Shown here piece by piece: positions 38,950 to 50,700 of a stretch of DNA of 54,943 nt. The DNA lies in NCBI GenBank assembly GCA_031276535.1, contig JAISMV010000143.1:1-54943 (forward strand), read 5' to 3'. The position numbers were made by a program, and so were the translations under genes. This stretch comes from Flavobacteriaceae bacterium. Lineage in GTDB: Bacteria > Bacteroidota > Bacteroidia > Flavobacteriales > Weeksellaceae. Below the pieces are notes generated by a model. The model saw only the letters and a program-made list of their open reading frames with translations. It was not told where the DNA came from and did not search any database. The first letter of the stretch is position 1; every line of letters starts with the position of its first letter.

Positions 38950-41676
38950 TTAAAATTTTTTGGAGAATCCTATTCCTAAGAATCTTCCTCTGTCGTAAGA
39001 TCTTTGGGTCATATCACCCACTTTGGTTTCCTGAATTCTTTTATATTCGGGATTAAACAGGTTTTTTGCCGTTATTCCTATTGTGGTTGTCGGGGTGAGA
39101 TTCAATTTTATGTTTAGATCCAAAATGTGCAAATCCTGATCTATAAGATTTCCCGTGCCATAACTCAGGGCATAAATATTTTTCCCCAAATAAGCGTAGG
39201 AAACTATCAGATCCATAGATATATCTTTAATTTTCTGATTGTATCCGAGGTTTACGTTGGCAAGAAACTTTGCTGCTCCCTGTAATTCGTCTTCTTCTTT
39301 ATCAAAGGAAGCATTGATAAAGTTTTGGGTTTCCTTTTTGATCTTATCAGAATCTAATGCCGATTTGGATTCTATAAAGGTTGCATTTAGAAATGTGTAC
39401 AGTCTGGAGTTGGTCAGTTTCAGCAAGTCTTTTCTGACTTCGAGTTCTGCACCGAAAACATATGCCCAGTCGCCTATGTTGACATACGAAGATTCATTTC
39501 CTGAAGAAGATATGGTTATTTTAGCTATCGGATTTTTTATGTATTTTCCAAAGGCGGTTATTGAGAGAACCTCTGCTGATTTAGGGAAAAATTCCCATCG
39601 TAGATCCGCATTATAATTATCGGACGGATATAAATAAGGATTTCCGAAGCTGATTTCCGTTATATCTTCATAATAGAAAGGAGCTATTTCTTTATACTGA
39701 GGCATCGTATAGGTTTTTGAAAATGCAAGCCGCAGATTATTCCGGTCGTTTAAACCATATTTTAGATTCAGAGAAGGAAGAAATTTGGTCTTATTCAGTT
39801 TCAAATCATCTTTACTTGCACTTAAATTGGTATCCCAATTTATTCTCTGATTTACATTTTCCAGTCTTATTCCTGCTTGCCCTGTCAGATTATCCGATAG
39901 TTTATATTCTATTCCCGTAAATCCCGCATGTGTAGTTTGTGTTCCCTCGAATGTGCTGGGTAAAAGAGCTGTGGGGACGTAACTGTTCCCCCTGAAAGTT
40001 CGTATGAGAAATAATCCTGATTCAAAATTATGCTGGTTGAAAAAATTATCATAGTTATCTTCATCCACTTTGGTTTCTGCCTGAGTTATTTTAAAGTTGA
40101 TCTGAGTAGCTTCAAATGCTCGTTGCTTATTTTTAGCCTGATACCCTAGAATAATTTTGTTTTCTTTTTCTTTGCCAAAGAGATAATCCAACGAAAAACC
40201 TCCTGCAAGTTCATCGTCTTTTAATTCATCAAAATAGCGGTTCTGGTCGGAATCGGAATTGTTTATGAAGATGAGATAATTTCCCAGATCCGACATTTTC
40301 GTTGTTGTCTGTTGTCTGTCCGGTGTTTTATTATCCAGATTATTGTACGCTATGCTCCAGTTGAAGTTCAGCCGTTTGTTTAAATTATGCCTACCCAGAA
40401 GCTGATTAATCCATAATCTTGATATTTCATACTCTGCCCTTCGTATGATTCCTGTGTCGTTCTCTGCCAAATCCTTAATATAGCCTTCCATTAGACGGTT
40501 TTCCTGATTGGAGGAATTGATAAACAACAGGTTATAATTAATTTTATTGTTATTATTTATTTTATAAGCAAGGGTCATCATACCTGTAGTGTTGGTGGAA
40601 TATTCATATTTCTGAGAATTCAAGTCTTTTAATGCATATCCCTGAGCGTTAATGCTTTTTTCCATTCCTTTGCTGTATACATAATCATTATCAAAGGAAA
40701 AAGTTGCAAATAATGAGATTTTCCCATGGGTTCCTGTCAGGAAATTTTTTCCAGCTTCTATAGTTAATCCCGAACTAAACGGATTTTTTCTGTTCTCCCA
40801 GTTCCATGAAGTTTTAAAATTATATGCTCCCAGGGGATTATCCGGCATTTGGGTATCTTTGAATCCGTAAAAATCAGTTCCGTCTTTTTTCCAAAATTTA
40901 TTTTTAGACGAAACCTGTGTGTTAACTCCTGCATCCAGTCCGATTTTCACATATCCTTTTCCATCGTGTTCTTTGGATATGATGTTGATGTTGGCTCCTG
41001 AAACATCTCCCGTAATTTTAGGAGAAAAGGTTTTTTCCACGCTTATGTATTCTACAACATCTGTCTTGAAGATAGACAGATCTATATTTTTATATTCAGG
41101 GGCATTTGAGGGAAGTGGCAATCCGTTTAAAGAAGTGGAATTGTACCGATCTCCCAGTCCGCGGACGAAGATAATTCCGGTTCCGTCCTGTCGGGATATT
41201 CCGGTAGCCTTGGTTACAGCAGCAGCTACATTTCCTACTCCTTGTTTTTGTAATTGTAAGGCGGAAACATTTTCTGTCATTTCCACCGACCTTTTTTGAA
41301 GTGAGATCAAACCTGCTTCGGATCTTCTCGGGGCTTGCCCCGTTATGGTAACTTCCCCGATTTCTTTTTCTTCTATCTCTCTTTCCAAAACCACATGCTG
41401 GTGGGATAACTGATCCTGCAAGACCGTAACCTGCGCGGATTTGTACCTGAAATCAGGCGCCTGATATTCTAACGTATGCTCTCCGGCGGGAACCTCTAAG
41501 GTGAAATAACCTAAAGAATCCGTTTGGGTAAAAAAATCTGTATCTTGTATGAAAACGCTACAATCGGATATGGCTGTATCCCTGTTGTCTACGACCTTTC
41601 CCGTGATGCCCTGCTGGGCGTAAATAAAACATGTATAAGTAACGAATAACAAAATACTCCATCTTTTTTTTTGCAT
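38950..41676 (-). CDS. TonB-dependent outer membrane receptor
   Basis: Signal peptide, carboxypeptidase-regulatory-like N-domain, plug motif VRGLGDRYNSTSLNG, GNPYL, C-terminal Phe. Confidence 0.9.
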   Translation of the reverse strand: MQKKRWSILLFVTYTCFIYAQQGITGKVVDNRDTAISDCSVFIQDTDFFTQTDSLGYFTLEVPAGEHTLEYQAPDFRYKSAQVTVLQDQLSHQHVVLEREIEEKEIGEVTITGQAPRRSEAGLISLQKRSVEMTENVSALQLQKQGVGNVAAAVTKATGISRQDGTGIIFVRGLGDRYNSTSLNGLPLPSNAPEYKNIDLSIFKTDVVEYISVEKTFSPKITGDVSGANINIISKEHDGKGYVKIGLDAGVNTQVSSKNKFWKKDGTDFYGFKDTQMPDNPLGAYNFKTSWNWENRKNPFSSGLTIEAGKNFLTGTHGKISLFATFSFDNDYVYSKGMEKSINAQGYALKDLNSQKYEYSTNTTGMMTLAYKINNNNKINYNLLFINSSNQENRLMEGYIKDLAENDTGIIRRAEYEISRLWINQLLGRHNLNKRLNFNWSIAYNNLDNKTPDRQQTTTKMSDLGNYLIFINNSDSDQNRYFDELKDDELAGGFSLDYLFGKEKENKIILGYQAKNKQRAFEATQINFKITQAETKVDEDNYDNFFNQHNFESGLFLIRTFRGNSYVPTALLPSTFEGTQTTHAGFTGIEYKLSDNLTGQAGIRLENVNQRINWDTNLSASKDDLKLNKTKFLPSLNLKYGLNDRNNLRLAFSKTYTMPQYKEIAPFYYEDITEISFGNPYLYPSDNYNADLRWEFFPKSAEVLSITAFGKYIKNPIAKITISSSGNESSYVNIGDWAYVFGAELEVRKDLLKLTNSRLYTFLNATFIESKSALDSDKIKKETQNFINASFDKEEDELQGAAKFLANVNLGYNQKIKDISMDLIVSYAYLGKNIYALSYGTGNLIDQDLHILDLNIKLNLTPTTTIGITAKNLFNPEYKRIQETKVGDMTQRSYDRGRFLGIGFSKKF

Positions 41677-41690
41677 TTTTAATTTTTATG

Positions 41691-41746
41691 CAAAGAAAAT
41701 GCGATACGATTACGTATTTGTTACATAAAGGTAAAGATTTGGTTAA
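41691..41746 (-). promoter_or_regulatory. Four 11-bp-periodic direct repeats (OmpR/PhoB-like box) over a weak promoter
   Basis: Minus strand TTAACC-N5-TTTACC-N5-GTAACA-N5-GTAATC (41746 to 41708), followed by a degenerate -7 box TTTCTTTG (41691-41698). Confidence 0.5.
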
Positions 41747-41751
41747 TACTA

Positions 41752-43239
41752 TTACATCAACCTGTTCAAAACAAGGGACAGTTTGGCAACAGCATCATCC
41801 AGCTCGTTCAGGTTAAAACTCCCAAAACCCAATCGCATAGCCGTGATGTTTCGGGTTTGATATAGCAAGGATTTAGGTATAAAAACACCCTGTTCGGAAC
41901 AGTTTTTTCTGAATTCCATAAGGTTGATGGAAGGATCCCATTTTGTCCAGAAAGCTAATCCGCCTGTAGGGGTCGTAAATTCAACATAATTATTTAGCTG
42001 AGTTTGCAGCAATTGAGCAAAGTGATCTCTTCTTTCTTTATAAGTTTTAGATGTTTTTTTCAGGTGTCGGTGAATTTCACCGTCTTCGATCATTTCGCCC
42101 AGCACATATTCCATAAAGACATCTCCCTGCCGGTCAATAATTCCCAAAAATTTATACATTTCGGTAATGAGATTTTGAGGAGCTATGATGAACCCCATAC
42201 GAAATCCGGGAACCAGAGATTTCCCGAAAGAACCGACGTAAACGACCATCCCCCGGCTATCGGCACTGGCTAGAGGCAATACACGGCTGTTTCCATAGTG
42301 AAAGTCGTAGTCGTAATCGTCTTCCAGAATAATAAACCCATACTTGTGCGATAGTTCGAGCAAATCCAATCTTCGTCGGGCGCTTAGAGTAACCGTAGTA
42401 GGGTAGTGGTGGTGAGGGGTCAGGTAAAGCATTCGGATCTTTTTCTTTTCACACAGTTTTTTGACGGCTTCCACATCAATTCCTTCATCATTTACAGGAA
42501 CGGTCAGTATTTTAGCTCCGGCTTTTTGGAAGATCATATTGGTAACGAAGTAACTTAGTTCACCGACAACTACGATGTCTCCGGCGGAAACTAATATTTC
42601 CGCTGCGATATAGATGCCCATTTCGATGCTTCGGGTGATGATAATATTGTTTTTTGAAATGTGTAATCCCCGGGTTAAATTCAGAAAATTAGAAAGATTT
42701 TCCTTAAAAAACTCTCTTCCTTCCTGATGAAAACTTTCCGCATCCGTTTGATTTTTTTTTCTTTTCAGGCTGGAGGAATATAGTTTGGATAATTGATTAA
42801 TCTGTAGTAATCGCATGTCGGGAAGTCCGTCATTAAATGTCAACTTACAATTGGAACGTTCAAAAGGATTATCCAGAATGTTGGATTGTTTAAAATTAAA
42901 ACCGGTATGTGGAGGGTAATCTGCTATGTATTTTTGACTATAGGGTTTGATTTTTTGATTTTTCCCGTCCAATTTGTTCAATATAAAACTCCCCTTATTT
43001 GATAAAACTTCTATCCACCCTTGAGATTCCAGTTCGTCATAAACCGTGATCACGGTATTTCGGTTTACCTGAAGTAACCGGCTCAATACCCGTGTTCCGG
43101 GTAATTTCATTCCTTTAATCAGGAACCCCCGCTGTATGGCGTTGATCATTTGATTTACGATCTGTAAATATACAGGAGTCTTAGAGGTTCTGTCTATTTT
43201 AATGAAACTGCTGAAAGGAATTATAACCGGACTAGACAT
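41752..43239 (-). CDS. MocR/GabR-family regulator (GntR HTH + PLP-binding aminotransferase-like domain)
   Basis: LPGTRVLS..VNRNTVITVYDEL HTH; TPHHHYPT, EDDYD, GSFGKSLVPGFRMG. Confidence 0.92.
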   Translation of the reverse strand: MSSPVIIPFSSFIKIDRTSKTPVYLQIVNQMINAIQRGFLIKGMKLPGTRVLSRLLQVNRNTVITVYDELESQGWIEVLSNKGSFILNKLDGKNQKIKPYSQKYIADYPPHTGFNFKQSNILDNPFERSNCKLTFNDGLPDMRLLQINQLSKLYSSSLKRKKNQTDAESFHQEGREFFKENLSNFLNLTRGLHISKNNIIITRSIEMGIYIAAEILVSAGDIVVVGELSYFVTNMIFQKAGAKILTVPVNDEGIDVEAVKKLCEKKKIRMLYLTPHHHYPTTVTLSARRRLDLLELSHKYGFIILEDDYDYDFHYGNSRVLPLASADSRGMVVYVGSFGKSLVPGFRMGFIIAPQNLITEMYKFLGIIDRQGDVFMEYVLGEMIEDGEIHRHLKKTSKTYKERRDHFAQLLQTQLNNYVEFTTPTGGLAFWTKWDPSINLMEFRKNCSEQGVFIPKSLLYQTRNITAMRLGFGSFNLNELDDAVAKLSLVLNRLM

Positions 43240-43287
43240 AATGTAAAAACTGGTATACTTTATTCATCCGGCAAGATAATACATTTG
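43224..43287. promoter_or_regulatory. Divergent control region with putative MocR boxes
   Basis: ACCGGAC (43226), ACTGGTA (43249) and an inverted ATCCGG (43266); TACATTTG -7 box at 43280-43287 for the TonB gene. Confidence 0.4.
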
Positions 43288-43318
43288 CTGAGAAGTTAAA
43301 AAATAAAGTTTTAAAAAG

Positions 43319-45166
43319 ATGAAAATAATGAGTTTAAATAAGGGAATAAGGAATACATGCACTTTGGTTTTTTTATTTTTTACATTTTTTCTTTCAGGGC
43401 AGGAAGTCTCTGAACAGGAAGATAAAGAACTGGATGATATAATCATCGAAGGTAAAACCATTTCTTTACCGTTTCTCCGAACTTCTCAGAACGTTCAAGT
43501 GATAACCAAGGAGCAGATAGCACAGGCTCCTGCCTCCAGTATAGAAGAATTGCTTTCGTATTATTCAGGTATAGATATTCGTCAGCGGGGAGTACATGGG
43601 GTTCAGGCGGACATAAGCATACGGGGAAGCTCTTTCGAACAGGTGCTTGTTTTAATAAACGGAATTCGGATGAATGACAGCCAAACCGGACATAATACGA
43701 TGAATATACCTTTTGATATGGCTTCTATTGAAAGAATAGAGATAGTTAAAGGGCCGGCAGCACGCCGATTTGGGCAGAATGCTTATGCAGGAGCCATCAA
43801 TATTGTAACCCGGCCTTCAGGAAAGAAAGATATAAATGTATCAGTTTCAGGGGGTGAGTTCGGAACCTATTCGTTGGGTGCAGGAATAAATATGTCAGAA
43901 AAAAAATTCTCGCAATTTTTACAGGCAGAAACATCTCAGTCAGAAGGATATCGGTATAATACGGATTATCTGATAAAAAATGTTTGGTATCAGAATGAAT
44001 ACAAGTTGAAAGAAGGGGAGATCCGGTTTCAGGCAGGAATCATAAACAAAAAATTTGGGGCTAACGGTTTTTACTCCTCTCCTTTGGCAAAAGATCAATA
44101 TGAAAAAACTCAGACTTCGTTGATTAGTTTAGGATGGAGTCAAAAGATCAACAAATTGAAGATCGTTGCAAATGCTTATTGGAGAAGGTCTCAGGATGAG
44201 TATCTTTATATAAGATCCAATCCTTCCTTTTACAGAAACATGCATATTGGGAATAATGCAGGATTAGAGATGAATTCAAACTACACTTCCCGGCTGGGAG
44301 TAACCGGATTGGGAGCGGATTTTCGTAAGGAATATCTGAGTTCTAGTAATTTGGGTAGGCGGGATCACTTCGTAAGTTTTGTTTTTCTGGAACATCATTT
44401 TTTATTCTTTAATGATAAATTGGATATTACCCCGGGAATTAGTTTTGCAGATTATTCCGATTTTGGAAACTTCTGGTATCCGGGAATAGATATAGGGTTT
44501 CAAATCACTCCCGCGAATAAAATATTTGTCAACCTTGGAAAAACCTATAGAATACCTTCCTATACCGATTTGTATTATTCAAGTCCGGGAAATGACGGAA
44601 ACCCGGATTTAAAGCCCGAAAGCGCATTGTCGTATGAGATAGGATATCGTTTATCACATAACAACATCCGGACTACCATAAGTGTGTTTCGAAGAGAATC
44701 CGGGAATTTGATAGATTGGAATAAAGATAAAGAAGAAGATAAATGGAGACCGGAAAATATAAAAGAAGTGAATACTAACGGGGTTGAAGTAGATCTTAAC
44801 TATCAGTTTTCCTCATCGTTATTTAAGTCGGTTAATCTGGGATACACTTATCTGGATAATGAATTGAAGTTTTCCAATAGTAAAAATTCCCTTTATTCGT
44901 TGGATAACTTACGTCATCAGTTAATAGTAAAGTTGGAACATAAGATAATTAAAAACCTGACTAATCAGATTATTTACAGATATAACGACAGAGTAACTTT
45001 AGATAATTATCACCTTATGGATGATCGTTTGGTCTATCAATTGAAAAACTTCAGCGCTTTTATACAGGTAAATAACATTTTAGATACCGAATACACGGAA
45101 ACCAGCTTAGTCTCGATGCCGGGAAGATGGCTCATGTTTGGATTTTCCTTAAAAAATATTTTTTAA
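43319..45166 (+). CDS. TonB-dependent receptor (BtuB-like size and architecture)
   Basis: ISIRGSSFEQVLVLING, IERIEIVKG..GAINIVT, GNPDLKPE, MPGR, terminal Phe. Confidence 0.9.
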   Translation: MKIMSLNKGIRNTCTLVFLFFTFFLSGQEVSEQEDKELDDIIIEGKTISLPFLRTSQNVQVITKEQIAQAPASSIEELLSYYSGIDIRQRGVHGVQADISIRGSSFEQVLVLINGIRMNDSQTGHNTMNIPFDMASIERIEIVKGPAARRFGQNAYAGAINIVTRPSGKKDINVSVSGGEFGTYSLGAGINMSEKKFSQFLQAETSQSEGYRYNTDYLIKNVWYQNEYKLKEGEIRFQAGIINKKFGANGFYSSPLAKDQYEKTQTSLISLGWSQKINKLKIVANAYWRRSQDEYLYIRSNPSFYRNMHIGNNAGLEMNSNYTSRLGVTGLGADFRKEYLSSSNLGRRDHFVSFVFLEHHFLFFNDKLDITPGISFADYSDFGNFWYPGIDIGFQITPANKIFVNLGKTYRIPSYTDLYYSSPGNDGNPDLKPESALSYEIGYRLSHNNIRTTISVFRRESGNLIDWNKDKEEDKWRPENIKEVNTNGVEVDLNYQFSSSLFKSVNLGYTYLDNELKFSNSKNSLYSLDNLRHQLIVKLEHKIIKNLTNQIIYRYNDRVTLDNYHLMDDRLVYQLKNFSAFIQVNNILDTEYTETSLVSMPGRWLMFGFSLKNIF

Positions 45167-45189
45167 TTTTAAATTATACATAGAACATC

Positions 45190-46221
45190 ATGAAGTCGGA
45201 AATAAGACACAATTGGGATTACGAAGAAGTGGAAAAAATATTCAATCAGCCGTTTAATGATTTGTTATTTCAGGCTCAAACGGTTCACAGAGCACACTTC
45301 AACCCGAATAAGATTCAAGTATCCGCCCTGTTATCCATAAAAACAGGGGCTTGTCCGGAAGACTGCAAGTATTGCCCCCAGTCGGCGCATTACCGGACAG
45401 ACATTGAAAAAGAAAAATTAATGGCAGTTCAAGAGGTTTTGAGCGCGGCAAAAAAAGCAAAAGAAACGGGCTCTACCCGTTTCTGTATGGGAGCTGCCTG
45501 GAGAAATCCGGCTAAAAAGGACATGCCCTATGTGATTGAAATGGTAAAAGGAGTAAAAGCATTAGGGCTGGAAACCTGTATGACTTTAGGAAAACTCAGC
45601 AAAGAACAGTCCGAAGAACTGGCAGAAGCAGGGTTGGATTATTATAACCACAATCTGGATGTTTCTCCTGAATTTTACGGGAAGATCATAACTACCCGAA
45701 CTTACGAGGATCGTTTGCAAACCATTTCTCTTATTCGTGAAGCAGGGATAAAAGTTTGTTGCGGAGGAATCTTAGGTTTGGGAGAAACCCAAAAGGACAG
45801 GATCAATTTGTTGGTACAATTAGCCAATTTGCCGATACATCCTGAAAGTGTACCGATAAATATGTTGATAAAAGTGAAAGGTACCCCGTTGGAACAGATA
45901 AAAGACTTAGATCCCTTGGAATTTATTCGTTCTGTTGCCGTTGCCAGGATCATAATGCCGGAATCTTACATACGCCTGTCGGCAGGAAGGGAAGAAATGA
46001 GCGATGAGATGCAGGCGTGGGCATTTTTTGCAGGAGCAAATTCTATTTTTTACGGAGAGAAGCTATTGACCACTCCGAATTCCTCACCGGAAAAAGATTG
46101 GATCTTGATGGAAAAATTAGGAATTCAACCGGAAGAAAAAGAGGATTACGAAGATGAGGTTCATCAAGCGGTGATAGCTGAAAGTTTGATCATTGCCAAT
46201 AACAAACCCGGTTGTTGTTAA
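45190..46221 (+). CDS. bioB: Biotin synthase
   Basis: CPEDCKYC radical-SAM motif, [20 protein letters not shown]. Confidence 0.97.
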   Translation: MKSEIRHNWDYEEVEKIFNQPFNDLLFQAQTVHRAHFNPNKIQVSALLSIKTGACPEDCKYCPQSAHYRTDIEKEKLMAVQEVLSAAKKAKETGSTRFCMGAAWRNPAKKDMPYVIEMVKGVKALGLETCMTLGKLSKEQSEELAEAGLDYYNHNLDVSPEFYGKIITTRTYEDRLQTISLIREAGIKVCCGGILGLGETQKDRINLLVQLANLPIHPESVPINMLIKVKGTPLEQIKDLDPLEFIRSVAVARIIMPESYIRLSAGREEMSDEMQAWAFFAGANSIFYGEKLLTTPNSSPEKDWILMEKLGIQPEEKEDYEDEVHQAVIAESLIIANNKPGCC

Positions 46222-46323
46222 AGTAAAGACACGGAGGGAATAAGATGAGGTATATCTGCTGCAACAATTTATCTTTTTGTTGCTCCTTTGATGACTAAGT
46301 TAAATCAGAACTTTTACAGATAA

Positions 46324-46611
46324 TTACTCATAAAATCGTAAACGATTTCGCAGAACGGATATTTCTTCCTGCAAGGTTTGAATTTTCTCCAGTAAATGAT
46401 GAATGGCATCAATTCCTGCCGGGTTAATTTCCAGATCATAGAGCATGCGATTATATTTTTCCAACTCGGGAAGTTGATCTATTTCAATATATTTTTCATC
46501 ATTTTCTTCCCAAAGGCGGATTAACCCCAATTCTTCCAGCGCTTCAATAAAAGAAAGCTCTGTTTTATAATGGAAGCAATACTCTCTAATAGTAATCAAA
46601 TCATCTTTCAT
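46324..46611 (-). CDS. cbpM: Chaperone modulator CbpM
   Basis: MerR-like HTH with DLEINPAG; downstream of cbpA. Confidence 0.85.
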   Translation of the reverse strand: MKDDLITIREYCFHYKTELSFIEALEELGLIRLWEENDEKYIEIDQLPELEKYNRMLYDLEINPAGIDAIHHLLEKIQTLQEEISVLRNRLRFYE

Positions 46612-46623
46612 AAATCCGTATTT

Positions 46624-47538
46624 TTATGATTCTGCCAATTGTTTAAACAATTCTTTCTGTTTTTCAGTTAGATGAGTAGGTATTTTTACTTTGTAAGTTA
46701 CGAATAGATCTCCGAACTGACCTTCTTTTTTATATGAAGGAAACCCTTTTCCCTTTAATCGTACCTTAGCATCGTTTTGAGTTCCGGGAGCTATTTTCAA
46801 CTTTACTTTTCCGTCTAAGGTTGCGACAGTTGTTTCTCCGCCTAAAACCGCAGTGTATAAATCAATTTCCACTATGGTTGAAAGGTCATCGTTTAATCTT
46901 TTGAAATGAGGATCATCTGCAATTACAAAAGTGATATATAGATCTCCGTCAGGACCTCCGTTTATTCCCGGGGCGCCTTGCCCTTTTAATATAATTTGTT
47001 GTCCGTCAGCGACTCCTGCGGGGATTGTTATCCGTATTTTCTTTCCGTTTACATTCAGGGTTTGTTTATGCGTAGAAGCAGCCTCTTTTAAAGAAAGATG
47101 TAATTCGGAGGTGTAATCCTGACCTTTAAATCCTGCATTTCTGCTTCCATAGCTATTTCTTGTTTTTCTTCCAAAAAGTTCACTGAAAAAATCAGAAAAA
47201 CCTTCAGTTCCAAATCCTTGAGAAGATCCCTCAAAAGGATTTCCTGAATTGTCATAATAGTAATGTCCGCCTCCTGCATTCTGTTGCTGACGTGCTTGTT
47301 TAAACTGTTCCGCATGTTTCCAATTTTCTCCGTACTGGTCATATTTTTTTCTTTTTTCCGGATCGCTTAGTACTTCATGAGCTTCATTGATCTGCTGAAA
47401 TTTCACGTTTGCTTCCTTGTCGTTAGGGTTCAGGTCAGGATGATACTTCCTCGCCAGTTTCCTGTACGCTTTTTTAATCTCATCCTGTGAAGCGTTTTTA
47501 TCTAATCCTAGTATTTTATAATAATCAATAAATGCCAT
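46624..47538 (-). CDS. cbpA: DnaJ-class J-domain protein (CbpA-like)
   Basis: HPD J-domain, G/F region, DnaJ C-domain without zinc fingers. Confidence 0.88.
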   Translation of the reverse strand: MAFIDYYKILGLDKNASQDEIKKAYRKLARKYHPDLNPNDKEANVKFQQINEAHEVLSDPEKRKKYDQYGENWKHAEQFKQARQQQNAGGGHYYYDNSGNPFEGSSQGFGTEGFSDFFSELFGRKTRNSYGSRNAGFKGQDYTSELHLSLKEAASTHKQTLNVNGKKIRITIPAGVADGQQIILKGQGAPGINGGPDGDLYITFVIADDPHFKRLNDDLSTIVEIDLYTAVLGGETTVATLDGKVKLKIAPGTQNDAKVRLKGKGFPSYKKEGQFGDLFVTYKVKIPTHLTEKQKELFKQLAES

Positions 47539-47778
47539 AGTTCGTTTTGATTCATCTTTAAATGATGGTTTAATTCAAAAAGTTATACATCAATTTTAAT
47601 GCAAAACTTTAAAAAAGAACATTTTGTCATATAAATAAATCTCCCCGTTCAATTCAGCCCCAAAAAGTCACCCTGTTGAAATATATGATATAAGTCATAC
47701 GTAAAAAAATGATTTTTTTAACTATTTTTTAACAGTTAATAAGTACCTTCGACAACACATTAAAAAAGTTCTTAGCTT

Positions 47779-50700
47779 ATGAAGAAGTTCTTTCCCCTAT
47801 TGGCACTACTATTGAGTCAGGTTCAGGCAGAATCCCAAATAACCGGGAAGAATCCCGGGGGTGTATCCGGAGCAGTATTATGGATGAAGACAAATGCTGT
47901 TACCAAGGATTTGAACGGTAATTACCGATGGCAGGATTATTCCGGTGATTCCGCACGATTAACCTACTACAATACAAACAATGAATATCAGGCATCCAAA
48001 AAAACAAACTTTAGCAGGATGTACAATTTCCAGCCGGGACTGCTGCTTACCAGTCAGTCGTTAAGCAAGGAAATAGAAATTAAGAGCGGCAATTTATCCA
48101 CTATGACCCTCATAGGCGTTACAGGAGAACACACTCTGGCAGGAGAACACTTCAGCCGGGCGGATTACCTGATGACGATCAACGGGGTAAAAGGTAAAGG
48201 TTTCGTATTAGACAAGGACAAAATAATCCATAGTACAGAGAGCAGTCGCGGCGTATTCGATTACGGAAAGGACGAAGGCTACGATCTGATGTACCATCCC
48301 GGATTGAGTCCCGAAGAAAATCTGACCGGATACAAAGAAAGAACCTTGCGCAGTTTCACCTACTACCGCAGCAACCGTCCGGTAACCGGCATATGGGGAG
48401 AACGACGCAGATCACACCTGTCGTTGGGCGAAAAATTTTATTCCACCAACCAACACAACAATTCCAGCTACGATACCGGGTTATTCAATCCGAACAATAT
48501 CTTTAACGGTTATCTTCCCGAGTTGATCATCTACGATCGGATATTAAGTCCTCTGGAGCGGATAAAAGCAGAAAGCTATCTGGCGTTGAAGTATGGTTTC
48601 ATGCTGGAAAGTTCGTATTTAGGCAGCGAAGGTCAACTGTTGTGGGATCCTTATCAGGAAAAAGTATACAACCATCGGGTAACCGCAATATACCGGGACG
48701 ACAAGAGCGGACTGTATCAAAACCGATCAGGCACTTCCTATGAAGAAGCCCCCCATTTCAGTTACAGTCCGGAAGGCGAGAGCCACGACAATCAGGACAA
48801 TTACGGCTTGTCCAACCGCAATAAGCTGCTGGTAATAGAAAGATTTCCATGCGCTCCTCTCCACGACCGGGAGTATCTGATCTGGGGAGATAATGATCAG
48901 AGTATAAAAACAGTTTTCCGGGAGGATTATCTGGGGATGAAGATAATGGAGAGAAACTGGCTGGTAAAAACCAATATGGGAGGAAAATTCCCTGTTTTCG
49001 GGCAAATGCAGTGGGAGGTATCCTCTAACCTCACAGCGGAAAAGGAAGGATATAAGCTAAATATAAAGAAATCAGCGACAACAGAGACTTTACCCGGAAT
49101 TCTATCAAGTGCAGTCCCTTTACCCGGATACGAGGGACATATATCATTTACTTTATCCAACCCTTTGGGATTGATAATTGTGAAGTTTGGAACCAAAAGC
49201 GTTCCGGAGCAAAACGGGAGCAATGACTATGGAATATTCATTAATGAAAAAGGAGAAGTATACCCTATTGTACGGGGATATCCTCAGTGGAACAACAGGT
49301 GGAATGTTATAGTAAAATCCGGAGACAGGATCAGGATCAACAAAACGAAAGATGCTATTATAGTTAGCTCCAATGGCTGGGCTTTGCCACAGACAGGACA
49401 GAGTTTACCTCAAATATTTATCGATCCGCAGGATATAGAAAAAGATTTTTATGTGAATTTAGGCATCTATCAATGGAATCAGGATACGGCGGTTAAAGAT
49501 TTTCGGACAGGAGGTTTTATTGATACGGGAAACCGGATAGAGCTATCATATATTGATACCCGGGCTACTGATTTTACAAATTATGCTTCCAACGGTCAGG
49601 CATACATGCTGGTAGACCGTTCCGGAACCGGGGAATTTAAGAAAGAAGATACCGAGATGTATGTTTCCGATGAATACGATGCCGCCCGAAAGAAAATAGT
49701 ATTTAATAATGTATTCTTTGATACGGATGCCAATGATAGGGATGTATTTACTTTCGGATACAGGGAAACCAATCTGATAGCTAACATAGAGAAGACCTCT
49801 CCCGGCTGTAACAATGGAGATCCGCAGCAGGACGGATCAATAACCGTACAGATAGTAAAAGGCGATCCCGGTTTCGAATATCAGTTGATAAATAACGCGA
49901 CTTCTCAGGTAGAAAAGGAAGGAGTATTTTTTACGAAAGAACTGAAAATAGAAAACCTCTCCTCAGGAGAATATACCTTTAAACTTAAAGAGATTGGCGG
50001 ATTTCATATAGCATCGGACGACACATCGAACGAGCACAAGTCCATAAGCCACCAGAGCATAGACTGGGACAGAGGAGGTTTATTTGAGACCACCATAAAA
50101 AGCACAAACCAGAATTTTCAGATGGGACTGGTTCCACAGTCTAATCCTTCGGATGCAGCCAACATTTTACAGTATGGATTTGAAATTAAACAAGGTCAGA
50201 TCTACATAATAACCAATCAGGAGAAAAGTACTGTTCCGCAGTCGGGCGTGTACATAAAAGAAGGAGATAAAGTACAGATATATAAAAATTATAATGAAAA
50301 ATCAGTTCCTTATAGAGTTGATTACAAGATAAACGGAGTTATCTTTTATACCCAGCAAAACCTGACGGGGTATCGGTTTTTCATGTTAAAGAACCTCATG
50401 CCGCAAGACACCATATACAACATAAGGAACACCGATGGAAGTAACTGGTTTGGTCCAAAGAACTGGAACTATCATAACAGTCATTCGGAACCTCAGGCAC
50501 AGAATTTATCAGAAACCGGCATAAGTCACACCCTGAGTCTGTTGTCGGAATGTAATAAATCCACACCGGAGATTCAGTCTTTCGCAGAGCAGAACAACGT
50601 GATCTACTATTATCAAGACTATAACGACAAATCAAAAATAACGGCAAAAGTGACCTTAAAAAGTTCCTCACCGGTGAGTCTGGCAGTATTTGATCTTTCG

